Shown here: positions 31,086-41,517 of the stretch, one piece after another
Numbering within the stretch: position 1 is the stretch's first letter
Layout of the letters: each line of letters begins with the position of its first letter
DNA from: Desulfobacterales bacterium
Lineage (GTDB): Bacteria > Desulfobacterota > Desulfobacteria > Desulfobacterales > UBA2174
DNA length: 64,000 bases
NCBI GenBank assembly: GCA_963668645.2
Contig: CAXXWC010000021.1
Location: forward strand, 1,408,001 to 1,472,000
Direction: 5' to 3'
The notes under the pieces: generated by a model
Database searches by the model: none
What the model saw: only the letters and a program-made list of their open reading frames with translations
What the model was told of the DNA's origin: nothing
Program-made: the position numbers and the translations under genes

Positions 31086-31943
31086 ATGGATATGACAACA
31101 ATTTCCGTATACATCATCGCTTACAACGAGGCCCGGAAAATCCACGCCGCGATCCGGAGTGCTCTGTGGGCCGACGAAATCGTGGTGGCCGACTCGTACA
31201 GCACCGACGGCACCGATCAGATCGCAGCGCAACTCGGGGCCCAGGTGGTGCAGATCCCCTTCGAGGGTTTCGGACGGCTGCGCAACCAGGCCGTTGCCGC
31301 CTGCACCGGGGACTGGATTTTCAGCCTGGATGCCGATGAACGCTGTACGGCGGCGGTACGCGATGAGATCCTGGCCGCTATCAACCCCGATCCGCCTGCC
31401 GATGCGTTTTTCATCCCGCGGCGCAACTACTTCATGGGCCGCTGGATCCGCCACAGCGGATGGTACCCGGACTATCGCCAGCCCCAGCTTTTTCGACGCG
31501 GGACCATGAGTTACCGCGAAGAGGCGGTGCACGAGGGCTTCGTGCTGCACACGGATCGCCCCCCGGGATACCTGAACAACGCAATCTGGCAGTTACCCTT
31601 CGCCAACCTTGAAGAGATCCAGCAAAAAGCGATGCGCTATTCGACCCTCGGCGCGGTCCGCATGGCCACCGAGGGTCGACCCGGGGGTCTTCACCGGGGA
31701 CTGACCCATGGCGTCTGGGCCTTTGCACAGCATTATGTTCTCAAACTCGGATTCCTGGACGGGTGGCCGGGGTTTGTCATCGCCCTGGGCAACTTCGAAG
31801 GCACCTTCCATAAATATGCCAAACGCAAGGAACTGGATGCCGGCTGGCACCCTCCCCAAGATCCGCCCCTGCTAAAAGCCCAGTCCCCAACCGGCAGACC
31901 GCGGCCGGCGACAGCGATCCTCTGGGATCGCGCAGTGCCGTGA
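31086..31943 (+). CDS. Glycosyltransferase family 2 (LgtF/KdtX-like LPS core glucosyltransferase)
   Basis: IIAYNE, DSYSTDGT, SLDADER, GWYPDY, LGFLDGWPG. Confidence 0.85.
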   Translation: MDMTTISVYIIAYNEARKIHAAIRSALWADEIVVADSYSTDGTDQIAAQLGAQVVQIPFEGFGRLRNQAVAACTGDWIFSLDADERCTAAVRDEILAAINPDPPADAFFIPRRNYFMGRWIRHSGWYPDYRQPQLFRRGTMSYREEAVHEGFVLHTDRPPGYLNNAIWQLPFANLEEIQQKAMRYSTLGAVRMATEGRPGGLHRGLTHGVWAFAQHYVLKLGFLDGWPGFVIALGNFEGTFHKYAKRKELDAGWHPPQDPPLLKAQSPTGRPRPATAILWDRAVP

Positions 31944-33079
31944 ACGGCAAGGCGGCACTGCAAAGACAGCGGTTGAACCTGGCCGTGGTGATCAAACAAT
32001 TTGCCATCACCGGCGGCGCCGAGCACTACGCCGTAAAGACCACCCACTACCTGAAAAGCCGCGGCCACAGTGTGGCGCTGTACGCCAGGCAGATCCAAGC
32101 CGGTTTGGCCGACGGCTTGACGCTTCACCGGGTCCCGGACCGGTGGCGGTTCTCCTCGGTGGTCAATTCGCTGGCCTTTGCCCTCGATGCCGCCCGGATG
32201 CTGGCAGGCCGGCACTACGACGCGGTCATCAGCCACGAACGCGGGTTTTCCCAGGATCTGGCCGTTGTCCACACCTTGAGCTACCAAAATTCGCTGGCCG
32301 GCCTTGGATGGCTCAAGCGCCTTGAGCGGCGCTATCTGAGCCCGCGCGCGTGGTTGCACATCTATCTGGAAAAGTGCCAGATGCGTTCGGCCCGGCTGGT
32401 GGCGGTTTCGCAGAGTGTACAGGAGCAAATCACCGCTTTTTACGGGCGGCAGACCGGGATTCAGGTCGTGTCCCCAGGGGTCGATCTTGAGCGCTTCGCT
32501 CCGCAACCGGCAGCCGCCCGGCGCCTGGAGCAGCGCCGCCGAATTCCCATGGACCCCGGTGAACTGCTCATCCTTTTCGTTGGGACCGAATTCCGGCGCA
32601 AGGGGCTGGACGACCTGCTGCCCGCCATCGGCCCCGGCATGCACCTGGCGGTGGTGGGCCGGGGGGAACGATTGGGCCGCTATCGCCGGCGGGTGCGCCG
32701 ACTGGGCCTGGAGGGACGGGTCCATTTTACCGGGCTAGCGGTCGAGGTGGCCCCTTGGTATGCGGCGGCCGACGTGGTGGTTCTGCCCAGCCGGGCAGAA
32801 GCTTTCGGCATGAGCGTCCTCGAAGCCATGGCCTGCGGCCGTCCCGTATTGGTGCGGCGCAGGGCCGGTGTTTCCACCCTTATCGAATCGGGCAGCAACG
32901 GATTGCTCTTCGAGGATCCGGCCGAACTCGGCCCCCTGCTGTCGCGCCTGAGCGATCCGGTCCTGCGCCGGCGGCTCGGAGAGGCAGCGCGGCGCACGGC
33001 CCTGGCCCATGGATGGGATGCGGCCGGCACAGCGTTGGAACGACTCTGTTGCAGGTTTGCATGGGGCCACGGCCCATGA
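31940..33079 (+). CDS. Glycosyltransferase family 4 (WaaG-like)
   Basis: TGGAE, FVGTEFRRKGLD, YAAADVVVLPSRAEAFGMSVLEAMACG. Confidence 0.87.
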   Translation: MNGKAALQRQRLNLAVVIKQFAITGGAEHYAVKTTHYLKSRGHSVALYARQIQAGLADGLTLHRVPDRWRFSSVVNSLAFALDAARMLAGRHYDAVISHERGFSQDLAVVHTLSYQNSLAGLGWLKRLERRYLSPRAWLHIYLEKCQMRSARLVAVSQSVQEQITAFYGRQTGIQVVSPGVDLERFAPQPAAARRLEQRRRIPMDPGELLILFVGTEFRRKGLDDLLPAIGPGMHLAVVGRGERLGRYRRRVRRLGLEGRVHFTGLAVEVAPWYAAADVVVLPSRAEAFGMSVLEAMACGRPVLVRRRAGVSTLIESGSNGLLFEDPAELGPLLSRLSDPVLRRRLGEAARRTALAHGWDAAGTALERLCCRFAWGHGP

Positions 33080-33175
33080 TATGATTTCCGATATGCCGTG
33101 GTCCGGCAGGCTGACTGCCATGAGCGCCGACGATGGCCCGGCAGCCGATGATCCACCATCCAAAAGGAGAACGAT

Positions 33176-33355
33176 ATGGCCATCAGCAAGGAGCTGCTCG
33201 AAATCCTGGCTTGCCCCCAGTGCAAGGGCGAAATTCACCTCACCCCCTCCGGGGAAGGGCTGACCTGCCAACGCTGCCGCTTGCTCTACGAAATTCGCGA
33301 TGACATCCCCATCATGCTGGTGGACGAGGCAAAACCTCTCGACACAGTTTCATGA
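33176..33355 (+). CDS. Trm112/YcaR family protein (59 aa)
   Basis: Manually translated: MAISKELLEILACPQCKGEIHL...CRLLYEIRDDIPIMLVDEAKPL; AGGAG RBS; stop overlaps the next ATG. Confidence 0.9.
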   Translation: MAISKELLEILACPQCKGEIHLTPSGEGLTCQRCRLLYEIRDDIPIMLVDEAKPLDTVS

Positions 33356-33903
33356 GCCTGCCCACCGCCCCTGATCCGGCCAAGCTGGTGATCGGCGCCT
33401 TTATGGCCGATCGCTCCCTGCTGGGTGAAGTCGCACGGCGGCTCTGTGAAGGCTACGGCCCTCTGGACATCGTCAGCCCCTGGCTGGATTTTGACCGGAC
33501 CGACTACTACGCCCCCGAGATGGGTTTGAATCTGGCGCGGCGGATCATGGCTTTCAAGCCATTGATCGATCCGGGAGCCCTGGCCGCGGTCAAAACGGCC
33601 ACCAATGCCATCGAGGCGGATCTGGCCCGCGGCGGCCGGCGCCGGGTCAACATCGACCCGGGGATCCTGACCCGCGAGCGCTTTGTCCTGGCCACCGGCA
33701 AGAATTACAGCCATCGTATCTACCTGGCCGAGGGCATCTATGCCGACCTGACGCTGGTCTATCGCGGCGGGGGATTCCAGACCCTGCCGTGGACCTACCC
33801 GGATTATGCCGACGATCCGATCCGGTCCTTGCTCTCTGGCATCCGGGAAAAATACCTGATTGATCTGCGGGCCGCGGCATCGGCCCGCGAGGAGAATTCA
33901 TGA
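33352..33903 (+). CDS. DUF4416 family protein
   Basis: TDYYAPEMG, RRVNIDPG, LATGKNYSHRIYL, LPWTYPDY. Confidence 0.8.
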   Translation: MSLPTAPDPAKLVIGAFMADRSLLGEVARRLCEGYGPLDIVSPWLDFDRTDYYAPEMGLNLARRIMAFKPLIDPGALAAVKTATNAIEADLARGGRRRVNIDPGILTRERFVLATGKNYSHRIYLAEGIYADLTLVYRGGGFQTLPWTYPDYADDPIRSLLSGIREKYLIDLRAAASAREENS

Positions 33904-34781
33904 TCGAAAGCATGACCGCCTTCGGGCGGTGCGAGAAAAGCGCCGAGGGATGGAGCGCTGCGGTAGAAATCCGTTCGGTCAACAGCCGCTTTTTGGATCT
34001 GGTCGTGCGCCTGCCCCACGGCTACGCCCCCTTCGAGGAGCGCGTCAAGGCCCGGGTGGGCCAGGATCTGGAACGCGGCCGGATCGAACTGCGCCTCAAC
34101 ATACGCGACGAACGGCAGCGTGAAGCCGCTTTTCAGCTCGACCTTCCCCTGGCAACGGCCTACCACCGGGCCCTGATGGAACTGCGCGATGCCCTTGGCC
34201 TCGGCGGTCAGGTCCCCATCGAGCTGGTGGCCGGCACCGGCGGTGTGATCCGCCCCTGCGAGGCGGAACCGGACCTGGAACGCGACTGGCCCCTTGTCGA
34301 AGCCGTGCTCTGCGAGGCCCTGGCCGACATGAAGGCCATGCGCCGGCGCGAAGGCGCCAACCTGGCCGCAGACTTGACCCGCCACCTGGACCGCGTCGCC
34401 GCTGAAATCGATGCCATCCAAGCCGCCACCCGGGGCCTGGCCGCTTACTATCGCCAGCGGCTTGAGGCACGCATTGCCGCATTGACCGAAGGCCTGGTGG
34501 CCCTGGATCCGGCCCGTATCGCCCAGGAAGCGGCATTGCTGGCCGACCGCAGCGACATCAGCGAGGAGATCGTCCGTGCCCGCAGTCATCTGGAGCAGTT
34601 CCGTCTCCTGATGCAGGGGCCGAAGCAGGCCGGGCGGCAGTTGAATTTTCTGCTCCAGGAACTGAACCGCGAACTGAACACCATCGGTTCCAAGACCGAT
34701 CAGGCCGGAGCCGCTCATCGGGTAGTGGCCGCCAAGGCCGAACTCGAAAAACTGCGCGAACAAGTACAGAACGTGGAATAA
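33900..34781 (+). CDS. yicC: YicC/YloC family endoribonuclease
   Basis: SMTAFGR, EIRSVNSRFLD, DISEEIVR, FLLQELNRELNTIGSK, REQVQNVE. Confidence 0.92.
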   Translation: MIESMTAFGRCEKSAEGWSAAVEIRSVNSRFLDLVVRLPHGYAPFEERVKARVGQDLERGRIELRLNIRDERQREAAFQLDLPLATAYHRALMELRDALGLGGQVPIELVAGTGGVIRPCEAEPDLERDWPLVEAVLCEALADMKAMRRREGANLAADLTRHLDRVAAEIDAIQAATRGLAAYYRQRLEARIAALTEGLVALDPARIAQEAALLADRSDISEEIVRARSHLEQFRLLMQGPKQAGRQLNFLLQELNRELNTIGSKTDQAGAAHRVVAAKAELEKLREQVQNVE

Positions 34782-34787
34782 AAGGCT

Positions 34788-35060
34788 GTGGAAAAGAACC
34801 TGTTGAACATCGGATTCGGCAACACGGTGGTAGCCGAACGGATCGTGGCCATCGTGGGGCCGGCCTCGGCGCCCATGAAGCGGCTCAAGGACGAGGCGCG
34901 CGAGGAAAACCGGCTCATCGACGCCACCCACGGCCGCCGCACCCGGGCCGTGATCGTCACCGACAGCAATCACGTGATCCTTTCGGCCATCCAGGCTGAA
35001 ACCATCGCCCAACGCTTCGAGCAGATCAAGGCGCCGACACCGGCCGCGGGGCGGGGATAG
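34788..35060 (+). CDS. DUF370 (RemA-like) protein
   Basis: [39 protein letters not shown]; yicC-DUF370-gmk order. Confidence 0.88.
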   Translation: MEKNLLNIGFGNTVVAERIVAIVGPASAPMKRLKDEAREENRLIDATHGRRTRAVIVTDSNHVILSAIQAETIAQRFEQIKAPTPAAGRG

Positions 35061-35066
35061 CACGCC

Positions 35067-35648
35067 ATGCAAAAAGCATCTTCAAGCGGCCCCGGACGCC
35101 TTTTCATCGTTTCGGCGCCCTCCGGGGCCGGCAAGACGACCCTCTGCCGGGCCCTGCGCCAGCGGATACCGACCCTGGGCTACAGCGTCTCGACCACCAC
35201 CCGGCCGCCGCGGCCGGCAGAGCGGGAAGGCATCGACTATTTTTATACGGATCAAGAGACCTTCGAGGCCGGGATCCGCGAACAGCGATGGGCCGAATGG
35301 GCCCGGGTCCACGACCATTATTACGGCACGTCGGCCGCTTTTCTTGACCAAGCCCTGGCCGAGGGCCGGGATGTGCTTCTTGACATCGATGTCCAGGGAG
35401 CCGAACAGTTGCTTGATAAGTATCCGCAAAGCATCACGATCTTTATCGAACCGCCTTCCATGGCGGTCCTGGCCCGGCGTTTGGCCGCCCGCGGCACGGA
35501 GAGCCCGCAGACCGTGGCCCGCCGGCTGCAAAACGCCGAGGCCGAAATGGCCAGGCGCGGAATGTACCGCCACCGGATCGTCAACGACCGCATCGAGGAG
35601 GCGATTGCAGCCCTGGAAGCCATCGTGCGGCAAGAGGCCGATCGATGA
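35067..35648 (+). CDS. gmk: Guanylate kinase
   Basis: SAPSGAGKTT, SVSTTTRPPR, YYGTS, LDIDVQGA. Confidence 0.95.
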   Translation: MQKASSSGPGRLFIVSAPSGAGKTTLCRALRQRIPTLGYSVSTTTRPPRPAEREGIDYFYTDQETFEAGIREQRWAEWARVHDHYYGTSAAFLDQALAEGRDVLLDIDVQGAEQLLDKYPQSITIFIEPPSMAVLARRLAARGTESPQTVARRLQNAEAEMARRGMYRHRIVNDRIEEAIAALEAIVRQEADR

Positions 35649-36415
35649 AGGAAGAAATCCTCTGCGGCTTTCATCCGGTGGCCGAGGCCCTGCGCGCCGG
35701 CCGGCGGCGCATGGCGGTTCTTTGGGTCAATGACCAGCGCGGCGACCGGCGCCTGGCCGACCTGGTCCAGGAGGCCCAAAGCCGTGATATTCCCATCCAG
35801 CGCATGCCGGCCAAGGCCCTGGACGAGATCGCCGGAACCCAGCACCAGGGGATGGCGGCACGGGTTTCCCCCCTGGTGCCGGAGGACCTGGATCGGCTCT
35901 GCCAGGATCTGGCGGCGGGCCGGAGCGATCCCTGGGTCCTGATTCTCGACGGCATCGTCGACCCCCAGAACCTTGGCGCCTTGGTGCGCACCGCGGTCTG
36001 TGCCGGGATGGGGGCCATCGTCATCCCCCGGGACCGTGCGGCAAAACCCGGCCCCACGGTGTCGAGGGCTTCGGCCGGGGCCTTGGAGCATGCCCGACTG
36101 GTGGTGGCCACCAACCTGGCAACGGCCCTGAGCCGTCTCAAGAAGGCGGGATTATGGATCTGTGGCCTGGACCGGGCCCAGGGCCGATCGCTGTTCGAAA
36201 GCGATCTTGCCGGTCCCCTGGGAATCGTGGTAGGGGCCGAAGGCAAGGGGATCCGCCCGCTGGTGCGCCGCCACTGCGATTTTTTGGCGGCCGTGCCCCA
36301 GTCCGGCCCCATCGATTCGCTCAATGCCTCGGCAGCCGGGGCGGTGGCGATCTACGAAAGCTGGCGCCAGCGAAATGCCGGAGCCGACCGGCCAAAACGG
36401 CACAAAGAACATTAA
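35645..36415 (+). CDS. rlmB: 23S rRNA 2'-O-methyltransferase (TrmH family)
   Basis: HQG, LDGIVDPQNLGALVRTA, SRASAGA, GAEGKG, SLNASAA. Confidence 0.88.
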   Translation: MKEEILCGFHPVAEALRAGRRRMAVLWVNDQRGDRRLADLVQEAQSRDIPIQRMPAKALDEIAGTQHQGMAARVSPLVPEDLDRLCQDLAAGRSDPWVLILDGIVDPQNLGALVRTAVCAGMGAIVIPRDRAAKPGPTVSRASAGALEHARLVVATNLATALSRLKKAGLWICGLDRAQGRSLFESDLAGPLGIVVGAEGKGIRPLVRRHCDFLAAVPQSGPIDSLNASAAGAVAIYESWRQRNAGADRPKRHKEH

Positions 36416-36468
36416 GTTCGCAATTCAGATCCTTTTTTCTTTCTTTGCGCCCTTAGCGCCTGGGTGGC
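36391..36468. repeat. Degenerate inverted repeat (REP-like)
   Basis: GCCAAAACGGCACAAAGAACATTAAG versus the reverse complement of CTTTGCGCCCTTAGCGCCTGGGTGGC; 15/26 identical by manual alignment. Confidence 0.35.
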
Positions 36469-36525
36469 GTCGCAGAAGACTCGTTTTCGAAAACATCAAC
36501 CCCATCCCAAAAGGCAGGCCCACCG

Positions 36526-37749
36526 ATGAACCCACCGGCTAACATCACCATTACCCCCGACGGTCGTTTACAGGTGCCTGATCAACCGATCATTCCCTTT
36601 ATCGAGGGCGATGGGATCGGCCCGGATATTTGGCGGGCCACGGCCCTGGTGCTCGACACGGCCGTGGCCAGGGCGTTCGACGCGCAGCGGCGTATCGCCT
36701 GGCTGCCGTTGGCGGTGGGCGAAAAGGCGGCCGCCGAAAGCGGCCGAGCCCTTCCGGATGCCGCCCTGAAAACGATCCAGGACCATTGCGTGGCCATCAA
36801 GGGGCCCTTGACCACCCCGGTGGGCAAGGGAATGCGCAGTCTCAACGTGGCCATCCGCCAGCGGCTCGATCTTTACGCCTGCGTGCGGCCGGTGCGCTAC
36901 ATCCCCCGGGTGCCCAGCCCCATGCGGGATCCGCAAAAGATTGACATGGTGGTTTTCCGCGAAAACACCGAAGATCTGTATGCCGGCATCGAATGGGCCG
37001 CCGGCAGCCCCGAGGCGGCCGCCCTGGATGCCTTTTTGCATAAGCAGATGGGCGTAACCCTGCCGGCCGGTGCCGGCATCGGCATCAAGCCCATCAGTGC
37101 GGCCAACACCAAACGTCTGGTAGCGCGGGCCATCGCCTACGCCATCGAACACGGCCTTTCCAGCGTCACGCTAATGCACAAGGGCAACATCATGAAGTTC
37201 ACCGAGGGGGCCTTTCGCACCTGGGGTTACGAAGTGGCCGCAGAACGCTTCGCCGGGCAGACCGTCACCGAGGCCCAGGTCTTCGAACGTCACGGCGGAC
37301 GAGTCCCGGCCGGCAAGGTGGTCATCAAGGACCGCATCGCCGACATGCTTTTCCAGCAGGTCCTGCTGCGCCCGGAAGAGTACCAGGTCATCGCCACCCC
37401 CAACCTCAACGGCGATTATCTCTCCGATGCCCTGGCGGCTCAGGTGGGTGGATTGGGGATGGCGCCGGGGGCAAACATCGGCGATACATGTGCCGTTTTC
37501 GAGGCCACTCATGGATCGGCGCCCAAATATGCCGGCCAGGACAAGGTCAATCCGAGTTCGTTGATCCTTTCCGGTGCCATGATGTTGGATCATATCGGTT
37601 GGCCGCAAGCGGCCCGCCTGGTGCGCCAGGCCCTCCAGGCCACCATCGCCGAGGGAACGGTCACCTACGATCTGGCCCGGCAGATCGATGGGGCACGCGA
37701 GGTGCCCTGTTCGGCCTTTGCCGAGGCCATGGCGGCTCGAATGAAATGA
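36526..37749 (+). CDS. icd: NADP-dependent isocitrate dehydrogenase
   Basis: [74 protein letters not shown]. Confidence 0.96.
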   Translation: MNPPANITITPDGRLQVPDQPIIPFIEGDGIGPDIWRATALVLDTAVARAFDAQRRIAWLPLAVGEKAAAESGRALPDAALKTIQDHCVAIKGPLTTPVGKGMRSLNVAIRQRLDLYACVRPVRYIPRVPSPMRDPQKIDMVVFRENTEDLYAGIEWAAGSPEAAALDAFLHKQMGVTLPAGAGIGIKPISAANTKRLVARAIAYAIEHGLSSVTLMHKGNIMKFTEGAFRTWGYEVAAERFAGQTVTEAQVFERHGGRVPAGKVVIKDRIADMLFQQVLLRPEEYQVIATPNLNGDYLSDALAAQVGGLGMAPGANIGDTCAVFEATHGSAPKYAGQDKVNPSSLILSGAMMLDHIGWPQAARLVRQALQATIAEGTVTYDLARQIDGAREVPCSAFAEAMAARMK

Positions 37750-38612
37750 CCCGGCCGATTGCCACGCCAGCCTCTGCAGCGGCCACCCGCGGGAAAAGGC
37801 CTGCGGTCTTCCAGGCCCGGCGTTGGTTCGAATCCCTGCGGCGCCTGGCCCTGGCCGTGGCCTCCAGCACCTTTCCACCCCGCTGCGCCGGCTGCGGGGC
37901 ATGGATCGATTCCGGCCCGGCGCCGGCTTCCGGTCTGCTGGCCAATTTGCTGTGCAGGATCTGCCGCCAGCAATTGCGACTGATCGACAGTCCCCTTTGC
38001 CGCGTCTGCGGCCGGCCCTTCGACCAGTTGTCCGAGCGCGACCATTGCTGCGGGGACTGTCTGGATACGCCGCCACCCTTTGACATGGCCCGCTCGGCCG
38101 CCATTTACAGGGCACCTCTGGACGCTTTGGTCCAGAAGCTCAAATACGACGGCCGCCTTCAAACGGCCCGCCCCCTGGGCGAACTGCTGCGCGCCGCCTT
38201 CTGGCGCCACTGGGCCGCACGGCCGGTGGATCTGATCGTACCGGTCCCTTTGCACCGGCGGCGGTTGCGGTCGCGCGGTTTCAATCAGGTTCAAATCATG
38301 CTGCGCCACTGGTCCCGCCCCGGCCCCGAAGGGATCCTGGCGCCCGTGGCAGCGGCCATCGCGTCCAGGGTGCTGGTCCGCCAGCGGCACACCCCGGCCC
38401 AGGCCGGATTGGACCGCCAGGACCGGATCCGCAACGTACGCGGCGCCTTCGAAGTTGCAGCGCCCGAGGCCGTAAGGGATCGGCGCATTCTGCTGGTAGA
38501 CGATGTGATGACCACCGGCGCCACGATTGCGGCCTGTGCCCGCTCCCTGAAAAGGACCGGCGCGGCCCGGGTCGACGTGCTGACCCTGGCCAGAGCCGTA
38601 AAGAATGTTTAA
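37746..38612 (+). CDS. ComF family protein (Zn ribbon plus PRTase)
   Basis: CxxC pairs, [30 protein letters not shown]. Confidence 0.88.
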   Translation: MTRPIATPASAAATRGKRPAVFQARRWFESLRRLALAVASSTFPPRCAGCGAWIDSGPAPASGLLANLLCRICRQQLRLIDSPLCRVCGRPFDQLSERDHCCGDCLDTPPPFDMARSAAIYRAPLDALVQKLKYDGRLQTARPLGELLRAAFWRHWAARPVDLIVPVPLHRRRLRSRGFNQVQIMLRHWSRPGPEGILAPVAAAIASRVLVRQRHTPAQAGLDRQDRIRNVRGAFEVAAPEAVRDRRILLVDDVMTTGATIAACARSLKRTGAARVDVLTLARAVKNV

Positions 38613-38749
38613 CTTCTCCGGCATGGCCGGAATACCGAACCTTTGGCTGCTTTGCGGCCAAGGGGTTTCGGCAACGGTGCAGCCGGCAGTTGCGTGCAAG
38701 CGCCAAAAATGGAACGGCGACTTTTCAGCCGTTGGATGAAAGGCGAACC

Positions 38750-39601
38750 ATGATCACCATCGAAGATTATGCATCGGATTTTGAGAGTGAATGGTGCCCG
38801 GGATGCGGCAATTTCGGGATCCTCGCGGCCATGAAAAAGGCCCTGGTATCCATGGATCTGTCCCCACACGAGGTTCTGATCGTTTCCGGGATCGGCCAGG
38901 CAGCCAAGACGCCCCACTTTCTGAAATGCAACACGCTCCACGGCCTGCACGGAAGAGCCCTGCCGGTCGCGGCGGGCGCCAAGTTGGCCAACCACAACCT
39001 GACCATCCTGGTCAACTCGGGCGATGGAGACTGTTACGGCGAGGGGGGCAACCACTTCATGCACGCCGTGCGGCGCAACCTCGACGTGACCCTCATCGTG
39101 CACGACAACCGGATCTACGGTTTGACCAAAGGCCAGGCCTCGCCGACCTCGGATCTGGGCATGGCGACACGCATGCAGCCCGGCGGCACCGTCAGCGAGC
39201 CTTTCAATCCTCTGGCCGTGGCGCTGGCCCTGGGGGCCGGATTCGTGGCGCGGGGCTTTTCCGGGGATCCGGACCACCTTTCGACCCTGATCCAAGCCAG
39301 TATCCGCCATAAGGGGTTCGCCCTCATCGACGTGCTCCAGCCATGCGTCTCCTTCAACCGGATCCAGACCCACGGCTGGTACAAAAAGCGGATCTTCGAT
39401 CTTGCCGACGAAAACCATCCGGCCGGAGACTGGCAGGCGGCCATGGCGCGGGCACGCCAGTGGGGCGAGCGCATCCCCATCGGTCTTTTTTATCAAGAGC
39501 TCAAAGAGACGTTCACCGACCGCATCGGCGTCCTGGATCACGGAGTACTCATCGACCAGGCCGCGCCCGAGGTTGACTGGACCCAGTTGATGGCTTCGTA
39601 A
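38750..39601 (+). CDS. 2-oxoacid:ferredoxin oxidoreductase beta (TPP-binding) subunit
   Basis: WCPGCGNFGIL, HGLHGRALP, GDGDCYGEGGNH, NRIYGLTKGQASPT, QPCVSFN. Confidence 0.9.
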   Translation: MITIEDYASDFESEWCPGCGNFGILAAMKKALVSMDLSPHEVLIVSGIGQAAKTPHFLKCNTLHGLHGRALPVAAGAKLANHNLTILVNSGDGDCYGEGGNHFMHAVRRNLDVTLIVHDNRIYGLTKGQASPTSDLGMATRMQPGGTVSEPFNPLAVALALGAGFVARGFSGDPDHLSTLIQASIRHKGFALIDVLQPCVSFNRIQTHGWYKKRIFDLADENHPAGDWQAAMARARQWGERIPIGLFYQELKETFTDRIGVLDHGVLIDQAAPEVDWTQLMAS

Positions 39602-39649
39602 TTCACCCATCAAGATACGCCACTGGCGGCCGATACACGGGAGCCAGAG

Positions 39650-41023
39650 ATGACCATTCGCCAGGAGCAGGACAGCATGGGGCCGGTCCAGGTGCCGGCC
39701 GAAGCCTACTACGGATCCCAGACCCAACGGGCAGTGGAAAATTTTCCCGTCAGCGGGATCCGCCTTCCCCGGATCTTCACTCACGCGCTGGCCAGGATCA
39801 AAGGGCATGCGGCCCGGGCCAACCGGGACCTGAAGCTCCTGGATCAAAGCCTGGCAGCGGCCATCATCCAGTCTGCCGGGGAAGTGGCCCAAGGCCGCCT
39901 GGACGACCAGTTCCCCGTGGATGTGTTCCAGACCGGGTCCGGCACTTCCACGAACATGAACATGAACGAGGTGCTGGCCGGCAGAGCCAACGAAATTCTC
40001 ACCGGACAACGGGGAGGCCGGCGGCCGGTCCATCCCAACGACCATGTCAACCTGGGCCAGTCGAGCAACGATGTCATCCCGACGACCATTCACGTGGCGG
40101 CCCGCCTCGCACTGGCCAGGGATCTGGTGCCCGGCCTGAATCACCTGGCCGGAACGCTGGCGCAAAAAGCGTCTGCCTTTGAAAACATCCATAAAATCGG
40201 CCGCACCCATTTGCAGGATGCGGTGCCCATGCGGCTGGGCCAGGAGTTTTCCGGCTACGCGGCCCAGATCCACTTAGGTCTTGAGCGCCTTGCGGCGGCG
40301 GTCCCGCGCATCGAAGAACTCGCACTGGGCGGCACAGCCGTGGGCACCGGCCTCAACGCCGATCCGGCCTTTGCTCCGGCAGTCATCCGGGCTCTGGCAG
40401 CCGAAACCGGCATCGCCTTCGTGCCGGCCCGCAACCGTTTCCAGGCCCAGGCCAGCCAGGATGCGGCCGTGGAGTTGAGCGGAGCGCTCAAGACGGTGGC
40501 CGTCAGCCTGGTGAAAATCGCCAATGATCTGCGTTGGCTGGCCTCCGGACCACGCTGTGGCATCGGTGAAATCACCCTGCCGGCGCTCCAGCCCGGCTCC
40601 TCCATCATGCCCGGCAAGGTCAACCCGGTGATCTGTGAGGCGGTTCTCCAGGTCGCCGCCCAGGTGGTGGGCAACGATGCCGCCATTACTTTTGCCGGCA
40701 CCGGCGGTCACTTCGAACTGAACACCATGCTTCCGGTAATCGCCCATAACCTGCTCCAGTCCATCGCCCTGATGGCGGCCGTCGTCCGGCTGCTGGCCGA
40801 CCGCTGTGTGGCCGGCATCGAGGCCAACCGGGACGTCTGCGCCGGATATATCGAACGCAGCCTGGCCCTGGTCACGGCCCTGGTGCCGGTGGTCGGTTAC
40901 GACAGGGCCGCCCAAATCGCCAAAACGGCCCACCAAAGCGGGCGTACCGTCCGGGAAGTCGCCCGGGATGGCGGGCTGATAGACGAAGCCACCCTGACCC
41001 GCCTTTTGGCGGTGGACATTTGA
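39650..41023 (+). CDS. fumC: Class II fumarate hydratase
   Basis: [39 protein letters not shown]. Confidence 0.93.
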   Translation: MTIRQEQDSMGPVQVPAEAYYGSQTQRAVENFPVSGIRLPRIFTHALARIKGHAARANRDLKLLDQSLAAAIIQSAGEVAQGRLDDQFPVDVFQTGSGTSTNMNMNEVLAGRANEILTGQRGGRRPVHPNDHVNLGQSSNDVIPTTIHVAARLALARDLVPGLNHLAGTLAQKASAFENIHKIGRTHLQDAVPMRLGQEFSGYAAQIHLGLERLAAAVPRIEELALGGTAVGTGLNADPAFAPAVIRALAAETGIAFVPARNRFQAQASQDAAVELSGALKTVAVSLVKIANDLRWLASGPRCGIGEITLPALQPGSSIMPGKVNPVICEAVLQVAAQVVGNDAAITFAGTGGHFELNTMLPVIAHNLLQSIALMAAVVRLLADRCVAGIEANRDVCAGYIERSLALVTALVPVVGYDRAAQIAKTAHQSGRTVREVARDGGLIDEATLTRLLAVDI

Positions 41024-41073
41024 GCGGCGCCCAAAGGCGCCGGTAACCACTTCCATCTAAAAGGAGATGCGCC

Positions 41074-41283
41074 ATGACAGCAAAATCCTACCGGCTTGCC
41101 ACCAGTTGCCCCCAGTGCGGCTGCAGTGCCGTATCCCACCTGAGCGCCGATGAAATCCGAGAACGCTTCGGCGATGTGCCCAACGTGGAAATGGAATGCA
41201 GCGAATGCATGCTCAAATACACGGCCCCGATGAAAGAGGCCTGCCCCGAATGGGACAAGGAATGCCGTTTGAAAAACGAATAG
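41074..41283 (+). CDS. Small Cys-rich hypothetical protein (69 aa)
   Basis: Strong AAGGAG RBS; CPQCGC, CSEC and two further Cys. Confidence 0.7.
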   Translation: MTAKSYRLATSCPQCGCSAVSHLSADEIRERFGDVPNVEMECSECMLKYTAPMKEACPEWDKECRLKNE

Positions 41284-41517
41284 GCGGACAGAATCGTCGC
41301 GCCGGTTGGGGTATCTGGAGGGGCGCATTGCACCTTGGCGCCGACTCACCCGGGAACCACAGTCGAATCCTGAACATCCGGCCGCTTTCCCTTTACAACC
41401 ATCCGGACGGCCCGTATATTAGCAACCGGCGACCGGATGACGGTCGCCCTGCGGCCAGAACGCAGGGCCTCTGGAGGCCTCGCAGATCCATTCTCCGAAC
41501 AACCGAAGGAGCTTAGC

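Noticed and set aside
38609..40273. 554-aa minus-strand ORF considered as the missing OFOR alpha subunit
   Set aside because: Antisense to the beta subunit and fumC, with no OFOR alpha motifs.
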